Assembly: GCA_043771335.1 (NCBI GenBank)
Contig: JAYVHM010000007.1
Coordinates: 3,625 to 67,624, forward strand
Source: a bacterium
Lineage (GTDB): Bacteria > Patescibacteriota > Minisyncoccia > Phycocordibacterales > UBA5272
Reading direction: 5' to 3'
Length of the DNA stretch: 64,000 nt
The notes beneath the pieces are model-generated. The model was not told the origin of the DNA, ran no database searches, and saw only the letters and a list, made by a program, of their open reading frames with translations. This document shows positions 20,438-30,330 of this stretch, piece after piece. Every line of letters starts with the position of its first letter. Within the stretch, counting starts at the first letter, position 1. The position numbers and the translations under genes are program-made.

Positions 20438-21247
20438 TTATTTTTTTATACCTATAATGTTATCTACGCTAATTACATGCTTTGAAAGGTCTGATAATTC
20501 GCAAGTAAAGCCATTTTTTTCTAGAATACTTTTAATCTCCTCTCTGTCATATCCAAACATTTTCGTATTTGCTTGATAATATTCAGCATATACGACCTTT
20601 GTTTTTTTTAATGTCTCTGTAGCGTTTTCTAAAATAAATTTCTCATAGCCCTCTACATCTATTTTAAGCACATCTATTTTTTCCACATCAGCCAGTAAGT
20701 CATCCAGTCTCATCATGGGCACTAGTATATTTCTAGAATATTCCTGTACACTTTCTTTATTATTTTTTTGCACAGTGTTTATGTCATCTAGCTCAGTACT
20801 TGAAAAAGTAACCAATCCATTTTTCTCCCCTATGGCTATATTAAAACTAGTTATGTTTTTTAATTTATTTAATTTTATATTTTCTTGTAAATATGAAAAT
20901 GTTGTAGGGTGAGCCTCTATGGCATACACTTTTCCATGTTCACCAACATGCTTAGCGATTGGCAGGCATACTGTTCCTATGTTTGCACCTATGTCCACCA
21001 CAATATCTCCTGCTTTTGAAAATCTTTTTATTTCATTAACATCTCCCTCATGGATATTTGGCAATTCATATATAACACGACTAACATTTGATTTAAAGTA
21101 TTTATATTTTATACCTTTAATTTTTATAGTGACGTATTTATGTAGTTCTGTTTTCCAGAGTAATATATTTGAGTATCTTACATATCCTTGCTTTATCGCA
21201 CCAAAAAAACCATATTTTTTTATCTTATTTGCTATAAATTTTACCAT
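20438..21247 (-). CDS. FkbM-family methyltransferase
   Basis: VDIGANIG, AIEAHP, LKIDVEGYE. Confidence 0.93.
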   Translation of the reverse strand: MVKFIANKIKKYGFFGAIKQGYVRYSNILLWKTELHKYVTIKIKGIKYKYFKSNVSRVIYELPNIHEGDVNEIKRFSKAGDIVVDIGANIGTVCLPIAKHVGEHGKVYAIEAHPTTFSYLQENIKLNKLKNITSFNIAIGEKNGLVTFSSTELDDINTVQKNNKESVQEYSRNILVPMMRLDDLLADVEKIDVLKIDVEGYEKFILENATETLKKTKVVYAEYYQANTKMFGYDREEIKSILEKNGFTCELSDLSKHVISVDNIIGIKK

Positions 21248-21293
21248 ACTTAAAATTATAGCATAGACACAGTATTTTTGATATAATATAAAT

Positions 21294-22121
21294 ATGCATA
21301 AGAAATCTTTAATTTTTATTAGTAAAATTTTAAAATTCTTTAAAAATTATTTTTTAAAAGATCCTGTTTTTGTAGTAAAATATATTTTTGCTTATTTACA
21401 AAAAGATTATAAGCCTAGTGCAAAGTTCTACACTGATGAAGAATTCATCTCAGGACTTAAAACTGGAAAGTCTTTTATAAGAATAGGTGACGGAGAGATA
21501 GGTCTCATACATCACAGGGATGTATCCTATCAAAAAGCAGAGAAGTTATTAATATGTAAATTAGTAGAGATTATAGAAAATTATAATCAAGGCTCTAATT
21601 ATATTTTAAGTATACCTATTTTTGTAAATATGACCAATGTTGAACTAAGTGAGACAAAAGGAAAATTATCTTGCTGGTTACCACTTAAAATAGAATTCTT
21701 TAGGAGATTTAACAGTAAAGTTAAATATTTTGATGCGCATACATTTTATAAGAAAAATTTTTTTGAAAAGAACATATATGATTATTTGAAAGATAAAAGT
21801 TTAATTATAAATACAGCAGAAAAAAATATTATCTCTCAGAAAGATAACATAGAAAATAAATTTAAGGTAATAGAATGGATAGAAGCAAAATCTCCAAATC
21901 CCTTTGATTTATATATTGAGACTACGGAAAAAATAGAAAACATTTTAAAAAAAGAAATAGATTCTGGTAAAAATCTAGAGGATATAGTTTTAATACTTGG
22001 TTCAGGTCCAATGAGTAAGGTACTTGCTTATGATTTTTCTAAAAAAGATGTTCAATGTATTGATATAGGTAAGGGTTTTGAGCAGCTGTATAATGATAAA
22101 AATTATGAAGACGAGATATAA
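21294..22121 (+). CDS. GT-D fold (DUF1792) glycosyltransferase
   Basis: SFIRIGDGE, LG.GP..KVLA, IDIG. Confidence 0.85.
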   Translation: MHKKSLIFISKILKFFKNYFLKDPVFVVKYIFAYLQKDYKPSAKFYTDEEFISGLKTGKSFIRIGDGEIGLIHHRDVSYQKAEKLLICKLVEIIENYNQGSNYILSIPIFVNMTNVELSETKGKLSCWLPLKIEFFRRFNSKVKYFDAHTFYKKNFFEKNIYDYLKDKSLIINTAEKNIISQKDNIENKFKVIEWIEAKSPNPFDLYIETTEKIENILKKEIDSGKNLEDIVLILGSGPMSKVLAYDFSKKDVQCIDIGKGFEQLYNDKNYEDEI

Positions 22122-22161
22122 TATTCTAAGACACTTTGTGATATAATGTAAGTACAAAAAT

Positions 22162-22914
22162 ATGTGGACAAAAACATCACAACAAGCAAATAGTCTCACT
22201 AAAGATGAAAATAATTATAACTTTAATGGTGTAAATATTTACTGTACGCGTGGTGTGCATGAAAAAACTTTTGAAATGTTTTTAGATAGCATTCCAAGTA
22301 AAGATGGAAATTATCTTGTGTTGGGTAGTGGTGAGGGAGCATTTGATGAAAGGTTAATACAAAATAGTTATAAAAATGTAACGAGCGTAGAATTTTGTGA
22401 AGGTGTATACAAATCCTCTGGAAATATTTTGATTCGTGACCTAAATCAAGATTTTTCTGATATCAGAGGCTTGAACGGAAAAAAGTTTGATGCCATATTT
22501 GCAATAGAGGTGATAGAACATTTAGAAAATCATCATCACTTTATCCGTAATATAAATAATTTATTAGATAAAGAAAATAAAAATTCTAGTATTTTTGTCA
22601 CCAGTCCAAATGCAGAAAGTACGGTGTCACGTATAAAATATTTCCTTCGAGGAACTCTTAATTACTTCTCTGTAGGGGAAATGATAGGAACAGGACATAT
22701 TAATCCTGTATTTATGCATATATTTAAATACTCGCTACTTAATAATTCTAATTTGGAAGTTAGAAGAATAGAGACTAATACAAGTGTGTGGAAAATGAGT
22801 CAATATCCAACATACAAGCAAAAAATATTAACCATATTATTATTTCCATTAAGTATGATTATGAAGAATAAAGATGGCAAACAGATAAATATTATAGAGA
22901 TAAAAATTAAATAG
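22162..22914 (+). CDS. Class I SAM-dependent methyltransferase
   Basis: LGSGEG, DLN, FD.IFAIEVIEHLEN, TSPN. Confidence 0.9.
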   Translation: MWTKTSQQANSLTKDENNYNFNGVNIYCTRGVHEKTFEMFLDSIPSKDGNYLVLGSGEGAFDERLIQNSYKNVTSVEFCEGVYKSSGNILIRDLNQDFSDIRGLNGKKFDAIFAIEVIEHLENHHHFIRNINNLLDKENKNSSIFVTSPNAESTVSRIKYFLRGTLNYFSVGEMIGTGHINPVFMHIFKYSLLNNSNLEVRRIETNTSVWKMSQYPTYKQKILTILLFPLSMIMKNKDGKQINIIEIKIK

Positions 22915-22926
22915 TATATATTATTT

Positions 22927-23844
22927 ATGCAAAAAATAAAAACACAATTAAGAAATATTGCCAGAGAAAATCTGCCAAGTCCGGCCTATGCTTTTCTGTA
23001 CAAAAGCTTTAAAAATATTTCTAATCTAAAAGATGTGTATGGTGGTGGGCTAGAGATGGATAGAAACAGATTGGAAAAAGATATTAGTTTTACTAGTGCA
23101 GGCTTTTATGATTTTGTATTAGACGATACCAGATTTAAGATTTTTCTAGACCCGAAAAATGGTGGAGTAGATTATGAAATATATGCTAATAAAAATTTTG
23201 AACCAGGTATATTAAATATTTTTAAAAAAGAATTAAAAAGTACTGATATATTTTTAGATGTTGGCGCTAACATTGGCCAGCATTCACTTTATGCATCACG
23301 TTTTTGTGAAAGAGTTATTTCTTTTGAGCCCATAAAAAGATTATATGATCAGTTTAATAAATCAGTAGTAGAAAATAACATTTTAAACATACAGGCTTTT
23401 AATTATGCGCTAGGAAATAAAAAAGAAGAACTTCCAATATATTCCAGTGATGTAAATATGGGAGCCTCATCAATCATGGTTAGCGAAAATAGAAAAGTAG
23501 AGCAAGTTATAAAAGTGTTAAGGTTAGACGATGAGTATGAGAAAATGAATATAAGTAAAATAGATTTTGTAAAAATAGATGTAGAGGGCTATGAGCTTAA
23601 TGTTCTCCTTGGCATGAGAGATATAATACAAGAACATAAGCCAAAAATATTAGTAGAATATACTCCATTTTTCTATAATAAAATAGATAAGAGTATTGGT
23701 AAAAATCTCTATGATTTTCTCGTGGATAATAAATATGAGATATGGGACGTAGGTAATCTTGGAGAAAAGTATGTAAAGGTGGAAAGTTTTGATGATATAA
23801 AAGACATGGATCAGACTAATTTATTTTGTAAAATTATAAATTAA
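22927..23844 (+). CDS. FkbM-family methyltransferase
   Basis: LDVGANIG, SFEP, KIDVEGYE. Confidence 0.93.
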   Translation: MQKIKTQLRNIARENLPSPAYAFLYKSFKNISNLKDVYGGGLEMDRNRLEKDISFTSAGFYDFVLDDTRFKIFLDPKNGGVDYEIYANKNFEPGILNIFKKELKSTDIFLDVGANIGQHSLYASRFCERVISFEPIKRLYDQFNKSVVENNILNIQAFNYALGNKKEELPIYSSDVNMGASSIMVSENRKVEQVIKVLRLDDEYEKMNISKIDFVKIDVEGYELNVLLGMRDIIQEHKPKILVEYTPFFYNKIDKSIGKNLYDFLVDNKYEIWDVGNLGEKYVKVESFDDIKDMDQTNLFCKIIN

Positions 23845-23848
23845 AACT

Positions 23849-24565
23849 ATGATATCAAAAAGAATACATTTTATCTGGCTTAGTAAAAAGAATAAACCAA
23901 AGTCTTTTGAATTAGCGTATTCAGGAGTAAAGAAATATGCAAATGACTATGAAGTAAAAATCTGGGATGAAGAAAATATAAAAGAAGAAAGTTTTTATAA
24001 AAACTTACCAAAATATTATTTTGTTTTGATGAGTAAGAAAAGATTTGCATTTGCGTCTGACATACTCCGCTTTTTCATCTTAGAAAAGTATGGGGGTATA
24101 TACTTTGATATAGATCAAGTGTTAATAAAAAACATTGATGACCTGTTAGATAACAAAATGTTCATATCCAAGTACCATGAAGTGGATAATTACTATGGTT
24201 TTGGACTGCTTGGAGTGACTCAGGATCATAACTTTATAAAAAGTATTACAGATTTTTATAAAAATTATAATAAAAAAGAATTCATAATAGTAAATAAAAT
24301 AGGCTCAGAAATTATTAATAATATTCTAGAAAAAAATAAAGAAGATAAAAGTATAAATATCCTATCTCAAGATTATTTTTATCCACTCACTGAGAGTCAT
24401 TATACAGAAAATACCAGAAGCTATCACATTGCTAATACTTCATGGATACCACTTTACAAAAAAATACTTTTTAAAATTCCTTTTTATTTACAAATAAAAA
24501 GTATTATAAAAAATCTTTTACCAAAAAATATAAAGAGTAAAATATTTAAGACAGACTACTTATAA
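23849..24565 (+). CDS. GT32-like DXD glycosyltransferase
   Basis: IHFIW, W.EEN, AFASDILR..IL.KYGGIYFDID. Confidence 0.9.
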   Translation: MISKRIHFIWLSKKNKPKSFELAYSGVKKYANDYEVKIWDEENIKEESFYKNLPKYYFVLMSKKRFAFASDILRFFILEKYGGIYFDIDQVLIKNIDDLLDNKMFISKYHEVDNYYGFGLLGVTQDHNFIKSITDFYKNYNKKEFIIVNKIGSEIINNILEKNKEDKSINILSQDYFYPLTESHYTENTRSYHIANTSWIPLYKKILFKIPFYLQIKSIIKNLLPKNIKSKIFKTDYL

Positions 24566-24575
24566 AAGTTATTAT

Positions 24576-25379
24576 TTATTTTTTATAAGCAGAATCATTG
24601 TGTATACCAGAGATAAAAGCACTTCTTTTTTGGAAAACTGAAATAGGTGAGTACCCATAAAATTTTAGATTAGTCTTATTTTTTGCAATATTTGGTAATT
24701 TATCAGCTGGGTAAACTAATTTTTTGTTTACGTCTAATAATTTTCTAGCACCTTCTTTTGAGATTAAGTATGCTCCTGCAAAATATAGCGGTCTTAAAAA
24801 CTTTACCGGACCCCCTATTTTAAATGTTTTATACATGTAATTCCTAGCTCCCTCTAGGAGAGACAGTGGTATTATATAAAAAGATTTTAATATAGAATAA
24901 GAAATAAAATTAAAAGACTTAACTATAGAAAAATTATTTTTTCTATAGTTAAGAATTATTGTACTTACCCAGTGTTTTATAAAGTAGACTCCAGGTTCTG
25001 GGTAGTCAAATAATAAATAATCCCATTTCTTATTTTTCTTATTTTTTTCTATTTCTTTTTCTATTACTTCTTTGAAGTTTTCTGGCATTTGCACATCATC
25101 CTCAAGTATCAGTCCATAGTTTTCTTTGCCATTTAGTATCTTTTCTATGCATATTTTATGTGATAAGGCACAGCCTTGTTCTCCTTTGTTCATGGACCTA
25201 CCGTTAACCTTTTTTGATAACTCGTCATCATAGATACCAGTAAAATCATGTTCTACACCATATATTCCATAAAATGTCTCAAAGCTAATTTTTAAATTAT
25301 CTAATTGCCCAGTCATGAATTCTAGCCTGTCTGTATTAATTTTAACGTTTATAACGTAGGTATTAAAGTTTTTATTCAT
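24576..25379 (-). CDS. GT25 family glycosyltransferase
   Basis: YVINV...DR, GEQGCALSH, LILEDD, AYLISKEGA.KLL, PAD. Confidence 0.92.
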   Translation of the reverse strand: MNKNFNTYVINVKINTDRLEFMTGQLDNLKISFETFYGIYGVEHDFTGIYDDELSKKVNGRSMNKGEQGCALSHKICIEKILNGKENYGLILEDDVQMPENFKEVIEKEIEKNKKNKKWDYLLFDYPEPGVYFIKHWVSTIILNYRKNNFSIVKSFNFISYSILKSFYIIPLSLLEGARNYMYKTFKIGGPVKFLRPLYFAGAYLISKEGARKLLDVNKKLVYPADKLPNIAKNKTNLKFYGYSPISVFQKRSAFISGIHNDSAYKK

Positions 25380-25566
25380 GGTTTAATTTTAACACACACG
25401 ATACTTTTTTAAAAGCATAGTATTACAAGTGCTGTCACTTTATAAAAATATATTTTAACATTTTTATGTGATAGATTTTACTTTGTATTTTCAAAGATGA
25501 GCTAAGTGTGAAGTTGTGAATTTAAATAATACCCATCCTTCTGAGAGTAATTTTTCTTTTGCACAT

Positions 25567-26670
25567 TTAGTTTGTAATATGATTTTTAATTTTTCTCCTT
25601 AAAACTTTCTCATACTTTGCAACTATCGCTGAGATAATTATAATGCTAAGAGCGACAGATATGGAGACAAAAGAAATTCTCCCATAAGCTAATGCCTCAT
25701 TACCACTTGCAAAAAAGTTAATAAGTAATGAGCCGACCTTTTGATGTAATAAGTAGAGTGGGTAAGTGATGACACCAAGAAGCATAAATATATTCAAAGA
25801 TTTTCTATGTGTTATGTGTTTTGAAAATATAACAGCCAAAATAGAAAGAGGAAATATTAGTAATATTATTATAGTGCCATAAAAATCAAAGCTCCCAAAG
25901 CTGTTACTCGGTGTCGGATGTTCATGTAATTTTAAATTGATATAATGTGGCATTACAAATGCTGACATTAGTAGTATGTAAGATTTTATTTTTGCTAAAC
26001 TATCTTCTTCCTTGTCTACTTGTGGCCCTTGTTCCGTTTTTTCTTTTTTATTATTATAATTCTGATAAAGAAAACCTAATACACCACCAAAAACAAAGTA
26101 AGGTGAGTATCTGACTAGTATTAATTTTGAGATGAATAATTCTTGCATATTAAAAGTAAATATAAGAAATGTTGCAGTCAGCCAGAGAAAATAAAAATTA
26201 AGAAGATTTTTCTTTTTGAAGAAAAATACAAAGAGTCCAATGTATATATAAAAAAGTATCTCTATTGTCAGTGTCCAGTATGATCCATCTATCATGTTTA
26301 CTGTTTTTCCATTGTTAACTATCAGTAAATTAAATAAATATTTTGGAAAAGATAAGGCATCTGATGTGTTATTGTACTTATCAAAAATCAAAGTCATTAA
26401 ATATGTAAAAGTGGCTATAATCCAAAAAAGGGGATACAGACGCAGGAATCTACCTAGAAAGTAATCCTTAATATTAGTTTGAAGCGAGAAGAAAATTACA
26501 AATCCAGAAATAATGAAAAATAACTCAACCCCAAGATATCCATATTTGAGCCAAATAGACCATATATTTTCAGGTTTTAAATAAGTAGAAAAATAATGAA
26601 AACCAACAACAGATAATGCGGCAAAAAAGCGAAGAAAGTCTATGAGAGGGAAATAAGTTTTGTTTTGCAT
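25567..26670 (-). CDS. Acyltransferase-3 (OafA-like) membrane protein
   Basis: D.LR..AAL.V...HY, GV.LFF.ISGF, R.LRLYP, YWTL..E..FY, YPLYLLH. Confidence 0.93.
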   Translation of the reverse strand: MQNKTYFPLIDFLRFFAALSVVGFHYFSTYLKPENIWSIWLKYGYLGVELFFIISGFVIFFSLQTNIKDYFLGRFLRLYPLFWIIATFTYLMTLIFDKYNNTSDALSFPKYLFNLLIVNNGKTVNMIDGSYWTLTIEILFYIYIGLFVFFFKKKNLLNFYFLWLTATFLIFTFNMQELFISKLILVRYSPYFVFGGVLGFLYQNYNNKKEKTEQGPQVDKEEDSLAKIKSYILLMSAFVMPHYINLKLHEHPTPSNSFGSFDFYGTIIILLIFPLSILAVIFSKHITHRKSLNIFMLLGVITYPLYLLHQKVGSLLINFFASGNEALAYGRISFVSISVALSIIIISAIVAKYEKVLRRKIKNHITN

Positions 26671-26686
26671 AATTGATTTAGGATAA

Positions 26687-27514
26687 TTATTTACTGGGTG
26701 CTTTTTTAAAAGCCTTTGACATAGAATACAGGGTTCTTATTTTTAAATAAAAAATAATTTTTAAAATAGAAAATATACTTAACTTTTGTATATTTTTAAA
26801 GCTTAGTATTTCTTTCCAGATTAGCCAAGTGTTTTCCGTATATTTATTTTTGATTAGGGCAGTCACTCCAGTCTTCAAATACCCCAGACTACTAGTTGTA
26901 TTTATGTCAAAATAAGAAAAGTTATTTTGTAATTGAATAAAATAATACCATTCCTCCCCATTTTTAATATTTTTAGAAAAGACTGCTTTTTTTGCCAGGC
27001 TTGTTTTGATTGTGTGCGTAGCATCACCTGAAAACTTTTTTAATATTAAGTAATCCCAAAAGTAATTAATGGTATTTTTATTTGTATTATTTTTTGTTAA
27101 GCTTTTACCTTGAACGCTTCTGTTCGTTACTAGCCACTGTATCACTTTTGTTTCTTTTTTTATCTTATCTTCCCCTGCTAGTATTTTATTTATTTCCTCC
27201 AAAGCATTAGGGTATAGCCAGTCATCATGATCAAGGAAAATAATGTATTCAGAATCAGATGAAACTTTTGTAAAAGCAAATTCTTTGGATGCATTATTAC
27301 CAATATTTTTTTTGTTTACAAAATATTTTACTTTTAACTTCTCTGGCTCACTTAATGTATTTTGATAATTATCAAAACTTGAATAATCATAATCTGGAGA
27401 GTCATTTATTATTATATGCTCAAAGTTATCATAACTTTGAGCAAGGACGCTTTTCATACACTTTTTTAATAGAGCAGGTTCATTATATCCAGAAGTTATA
27501 ATTGAGTATTTCAT
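26687..27514 (-). CDS. GT2 family glycosyltransferase
   Basis: SII...YN, SVLAQSY, IIIND.S, FLDHDD. Confidence 0.9.
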   Translation of the reverse strand: MKYSIITSGYNEPALLKKCMKSVLAQSYDNFEHIIINDSPDYDYSSFDNYQNTLSEPEKLKVKYFVNKKNIGNNASKEFAFTKVSSDSEYIIFLDHDDWLYPNALEEINKILAGEDKIKKETKVIQWLVTNRSVQGKSLTKNNTNKNTINYFWDYLILKKFSGDATHTIKTSLAKKAVFSKNIKNGEEWYYFIQLQNNFSYFDINTTSSLGYLKTGVTALIKNKYTENTWLIWKEILSFKNIQKLSIFSILKIIFYLKIRTLYSMSKAFKKAPSK

Positions 27515-27518
27515 ATTT

Positions 27519-28289
27519 TTATGCAGATTTTAAAAGTTTTTTTAATAAAGATTTTATTTTTAATATATCTAATATTTTTATTAATATTTTATGCATACCA
27601 ATTTTTTTTACAAGCTTTACCAGTGGATGTCCCCAAGAATAATTCCACATATGCACGGCATAGCTTTCTGCTGGAGCAGTAGAGGTGTTTTTTATAAAAT
27701 CAAATTCAAAGTTTTTTATATTATGCGCATCAAATGGATAGAAGTAATTAGGTTCAAATATTTTAACATTATTTATATTCCCATTATTTTTATATTCTTC
27801 AAAAATATTAGTTAGAACCCTTGGTATAGTTATCATCTCTTCTGTATTGTTATCATAAAAATCTAAGCATTTTTTTATAAAGTCATTTTTAGGTGTGCAG
27901 GCTATCATGCCAGCGCTAATATGCACGTCATCTTCTTTTCCCAATATCAAATCAAAATCAGCATCTATAAAATCATTAAAACTTTTGAGTATAAACATAT
28001 CAGAGTCAAGATATATACCACCTTCTTCATGTAATATTTTTAATCTAGCATAATCAGAAACAAAAGCCCATTTTTTATTTTCGTACATTTTTTTTGTAAA
28101 GCTAGAATCATTTATGTCAAAATTTTCTTCAGACCAATTTTTTAATTCATAATCAGAAATATCATTTTGTAAAACTCTTTTTATGCTTTTTTCACAATTT
28201 AAAATGACTTCATTTTTCTGATTATTTCCAAACCAAATCGTGTGTATTATTTTTGGTATTCTATTTTCTTTACTTAGAATATTTTGCAT
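27519..28289 (-). CDS. GT32-like DXD glycosyltransferase
   Basis: IPKIIH.IWFG, WAFVSDYARL, GGIYLDSD, H.W..SW. Confidence 0.92.
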   Translation of the reverse strand: MQNILSKENRIPKIIHTIWFGNNQKNEVILNCEKSIKRVLQNDISDYELKNWSEENFDINDSSFTKKMYENKKWAFVSDYARLKILHEEGGIYLDSDMFILKSFNDFIDADFDLILGKEDDVHISAGMIACTPKNDFIKKCLDFYDNNTEEMITIPRVLTNIFEEYKNNGNINNVKIFEPNYFYPFDAHNIKNFEFDFIKNTSTAPAESYAVHMWNYSWGHPLVKLVKKIGMHKILIKILDILKIKSLLKKLLKSA

Positions 28290-28293
28290 TTTT

Positions 28294-29364
28294 TTATTGA
28301 TTAGTGAGAGTTAAATACATATTCTTAGTCTCGCTTATCATGTTTTCTAATTTGAACTTTTCTGATATATTTTTATCTGTTTTTTTGTTGTGAGTATTTA
28401 ATATATTTATGAGCTCACTGTCATGTGTGTATAGAGTGGAACCTTTTATTCCTTCTAGAACTTCCGGAATACCACCAACATTACGAGCGACTACGGGTAG
28501 TCCTGCCATAGCAGCCTCTAGTAACACATAGCCCAGAGCCTCAGTGTCAGAGGGGAGTAAGAATATATCAAATTGCGGTAATATATTATGTGCTGATTTT
28601 ACATGGCCATGCAGAGTTACTTTATTTTCTACACCCTGAGTTTTGATTTCTTTTTCTATTTTTGATCTCAATTCTCCGTCACCTATGATGTGATAGTGTA
28701 TATTTTTCATAAACTTTAAAAGTCTTATAACGCTAATGTGATTTTTACTTGTATGTAATTCACCGATGGAGACAACGTGTTTTACACGGCTACCACTGGA
28801 GAGCTTTAGCAGGTCTTTGTATTCTGTTTCTGATACACCATTGTATATAACTTGGATTTTATTTAGTAAGTATTTTGAGAATTTAAAAGCAGAGCGGACA
28901 TTTTTTGAGACGGCTATTGTTTTATGTGACATGACAATAGTCACAGCACATAATATTTTAAAGATTGTTCTAGGTATAAAAGATCTGTTCTCATTGAAGG
29001 GCCAACCATGAGCCGTAAAAACAATCCTATTTATTTTAAGCATGCGAGAGACAATAGATCCAGTAAAAGCCATCTTAGAACTATTGAGATGTATGATGTC
29101 CGGGTTGATTTCTTTTATGATTTTGTATAATTCTAAAAAACCAAGCAAGTCAGAAAATATATTTATATTCCTTTTTATATTTTTAAGAGTATATACTTTT
29201 ATATTTTCTTCTCTTAATCTTTTAGTTAATTCCCCATCATTACCAATTAGTACAGACAGGTCAAATCTATTCCTTATCTCTGAGTTAGTTGCAATGTCAA
29301 AAACATATTTTTGTGCCCCACCCCAACGTGCTTTTGTTATGGCTATTAATAGTTTTTGCTTCAT
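28294..29364 (-). CDS. GT4 family glycosyltransferase
   Basis: GGAQ, PDIIH, TAHGW, YNG, E.LG..LLEA (EX7E), VGGIPE. Confidence 0.93.
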   Translation of the reverse strand: MKQKLLIAITKARWGGAQKYVFDIATNSEIRNRFDLSVLIGNDGELTKRLREENIKVYTLKNIKRNINIFSDLLGFLELYKIIKEINPDIIHLNSSKMAFTGSIVSRMLKINRIVFTAHGWPFNENRSFIPRTIFKILCAVTIVMSHKTIAVSKNVRSAFKFSKYLLNKIQVIYNGVSETEYKDLLKLSSGSRVKHVVSIGELHTSKNHISVIRLLKFMKNIHYHIIGDGELRSKIEKEIKTQGVENKVTLHGHVKSAHNILPQFDIFLLPSDTEALGYVLLEAAMAGLPVVARNVGGIPEVLEGIKGSTLYTHDSELINILNTHNKKTDKNISEKFKLENMISETKNMYLTLTNQ

Positions 29365-29384
29365 ATTCTTCTTATGATTATAAC

Positions 29385-29423
29385 ATAAAAATCCCCCCAG
29401 CCGAAGGCTGGGGGGATTTTTAT
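29385..29423. terminator. Perfect palindrome with CC-GAA-GG apex; efp terminator abutting the GT4 promoter
   Basis: ataaaaatccccccagcc-gaa-ggctggggggatttttat. Confidence 0.85.
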
Positions 29424-29443
29424 TTTCTAGTTCTTAACCCAAA

Positions 29444-30022
29444 CTAAGCCCTTTCTACGTATTCACTGGTCTCAGTGTTTACGATTATCTTGTCACCAAC
29501 TTCTATAAATAGTGGTGTAGTTACTTTTCCTCCAGTTTCAAGAGTTACGAGCTTGTCGCCACCGCTTGCGGTGTTACCTTTTATTGCTGGCGGAGCATCC
29601 TTAACTTCTAGAGTCATCTTAACTGGTAATTTTATACCGATTATTTTTTCCTCCTCGTCTTCACCCCAAGTTTTTATATCTACTATAGTATTTTCTTTTA
29701 GCCATTTTTCTTGATCACCTATAAGTGTTGCTTCGACGATGTATCTATCTTTTGGATCCTTTGGACTGCAGAACCAAAAACCTTCTTTTGCTTTATATAA
29801 AAACTTACCTTCTTTTCTATATATTTCAGCCTCTTCTACAGTGTCAGACGCATGGAAAGACATAGGGATAACGCGACCGTTAATAAGATTACGTAGCTTT
29901 ACTGCATTTTGAGGTTTTCTTTTTTGTGTGCGAGCCACATGTGATTCTAGAACCTCATAAGGCTCCTCATTATGTATTATAAATTTTTTTGGTTTTACTT
30001 CTGAATAGTCTAATATTGCCAT
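29444..30022 (-). CDS. efp: Elongation factor P
   Basis: EPYEV, VKLRNLING, PP.IKGNTASGGDK, LETG..V..PLFI..GD.I.VNT...YVER. Confidence 0.93.
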   Translation of the reverse strand: MAILDYSEVKPKKFIIHNEEPYEVLESHVARTQKRKPQNAVKLRNLINGRVIPMSFHASDTVEEAEIYRKEGKFLYKAKEGFWFCSPKDPKDRYIVEATLIGDQEKWLKENTIVDIKTWGEDEEEKIIGIKLPVKMTLEVKDAPPAIKGNTASGGDKLVTLETGGKVTTPLFIEVGDKIIVNTETSEYVERA

Positions 30023-30089
30023 ATGTTTATTTTTTATTATGTGAATATTATATCACAAAAGTTATTTTTATGGTAATATAAAAAGAAAT

Positions 30090-30239
30090 ATGGAAATTTT
30101 ACAAAATCCTACTTTACAAATACCGATATTTGTAATCAGCTTACCTAAAAGCTTAAAAAAAGAAAGTATGGAAAAGTAATTTTCTTTAACTTCTCTTAAT
30201 TTTGAATATTCCAAAATCACAGAAATCAGAGACTTGTAA
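30090..30239 (+). pseudogene. Decayed N-terminal fragment of a GT25 glycosyltransferase
   Basis: MEILQNPTLQIPIFVISLPKSLKKESMEK*FSLTSLNFEY resembles the GT25 N-terminus; internal TAA at 30177. Confidence 0.55.
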
Positions 30240-30330
30240 AAATAAAATAATCAAAAAAAGAAATGGTGTTACACTTAATATTTATATGTTATAATGCAGA
30301 GTAATATATAAAATAAATTAACAAAATAGT

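Noticed and set aside
25400-25566. Possible gene remnant between the GT25 and acyltransferase genes
   Set aside because: Only short open frames with no recognisable motif.
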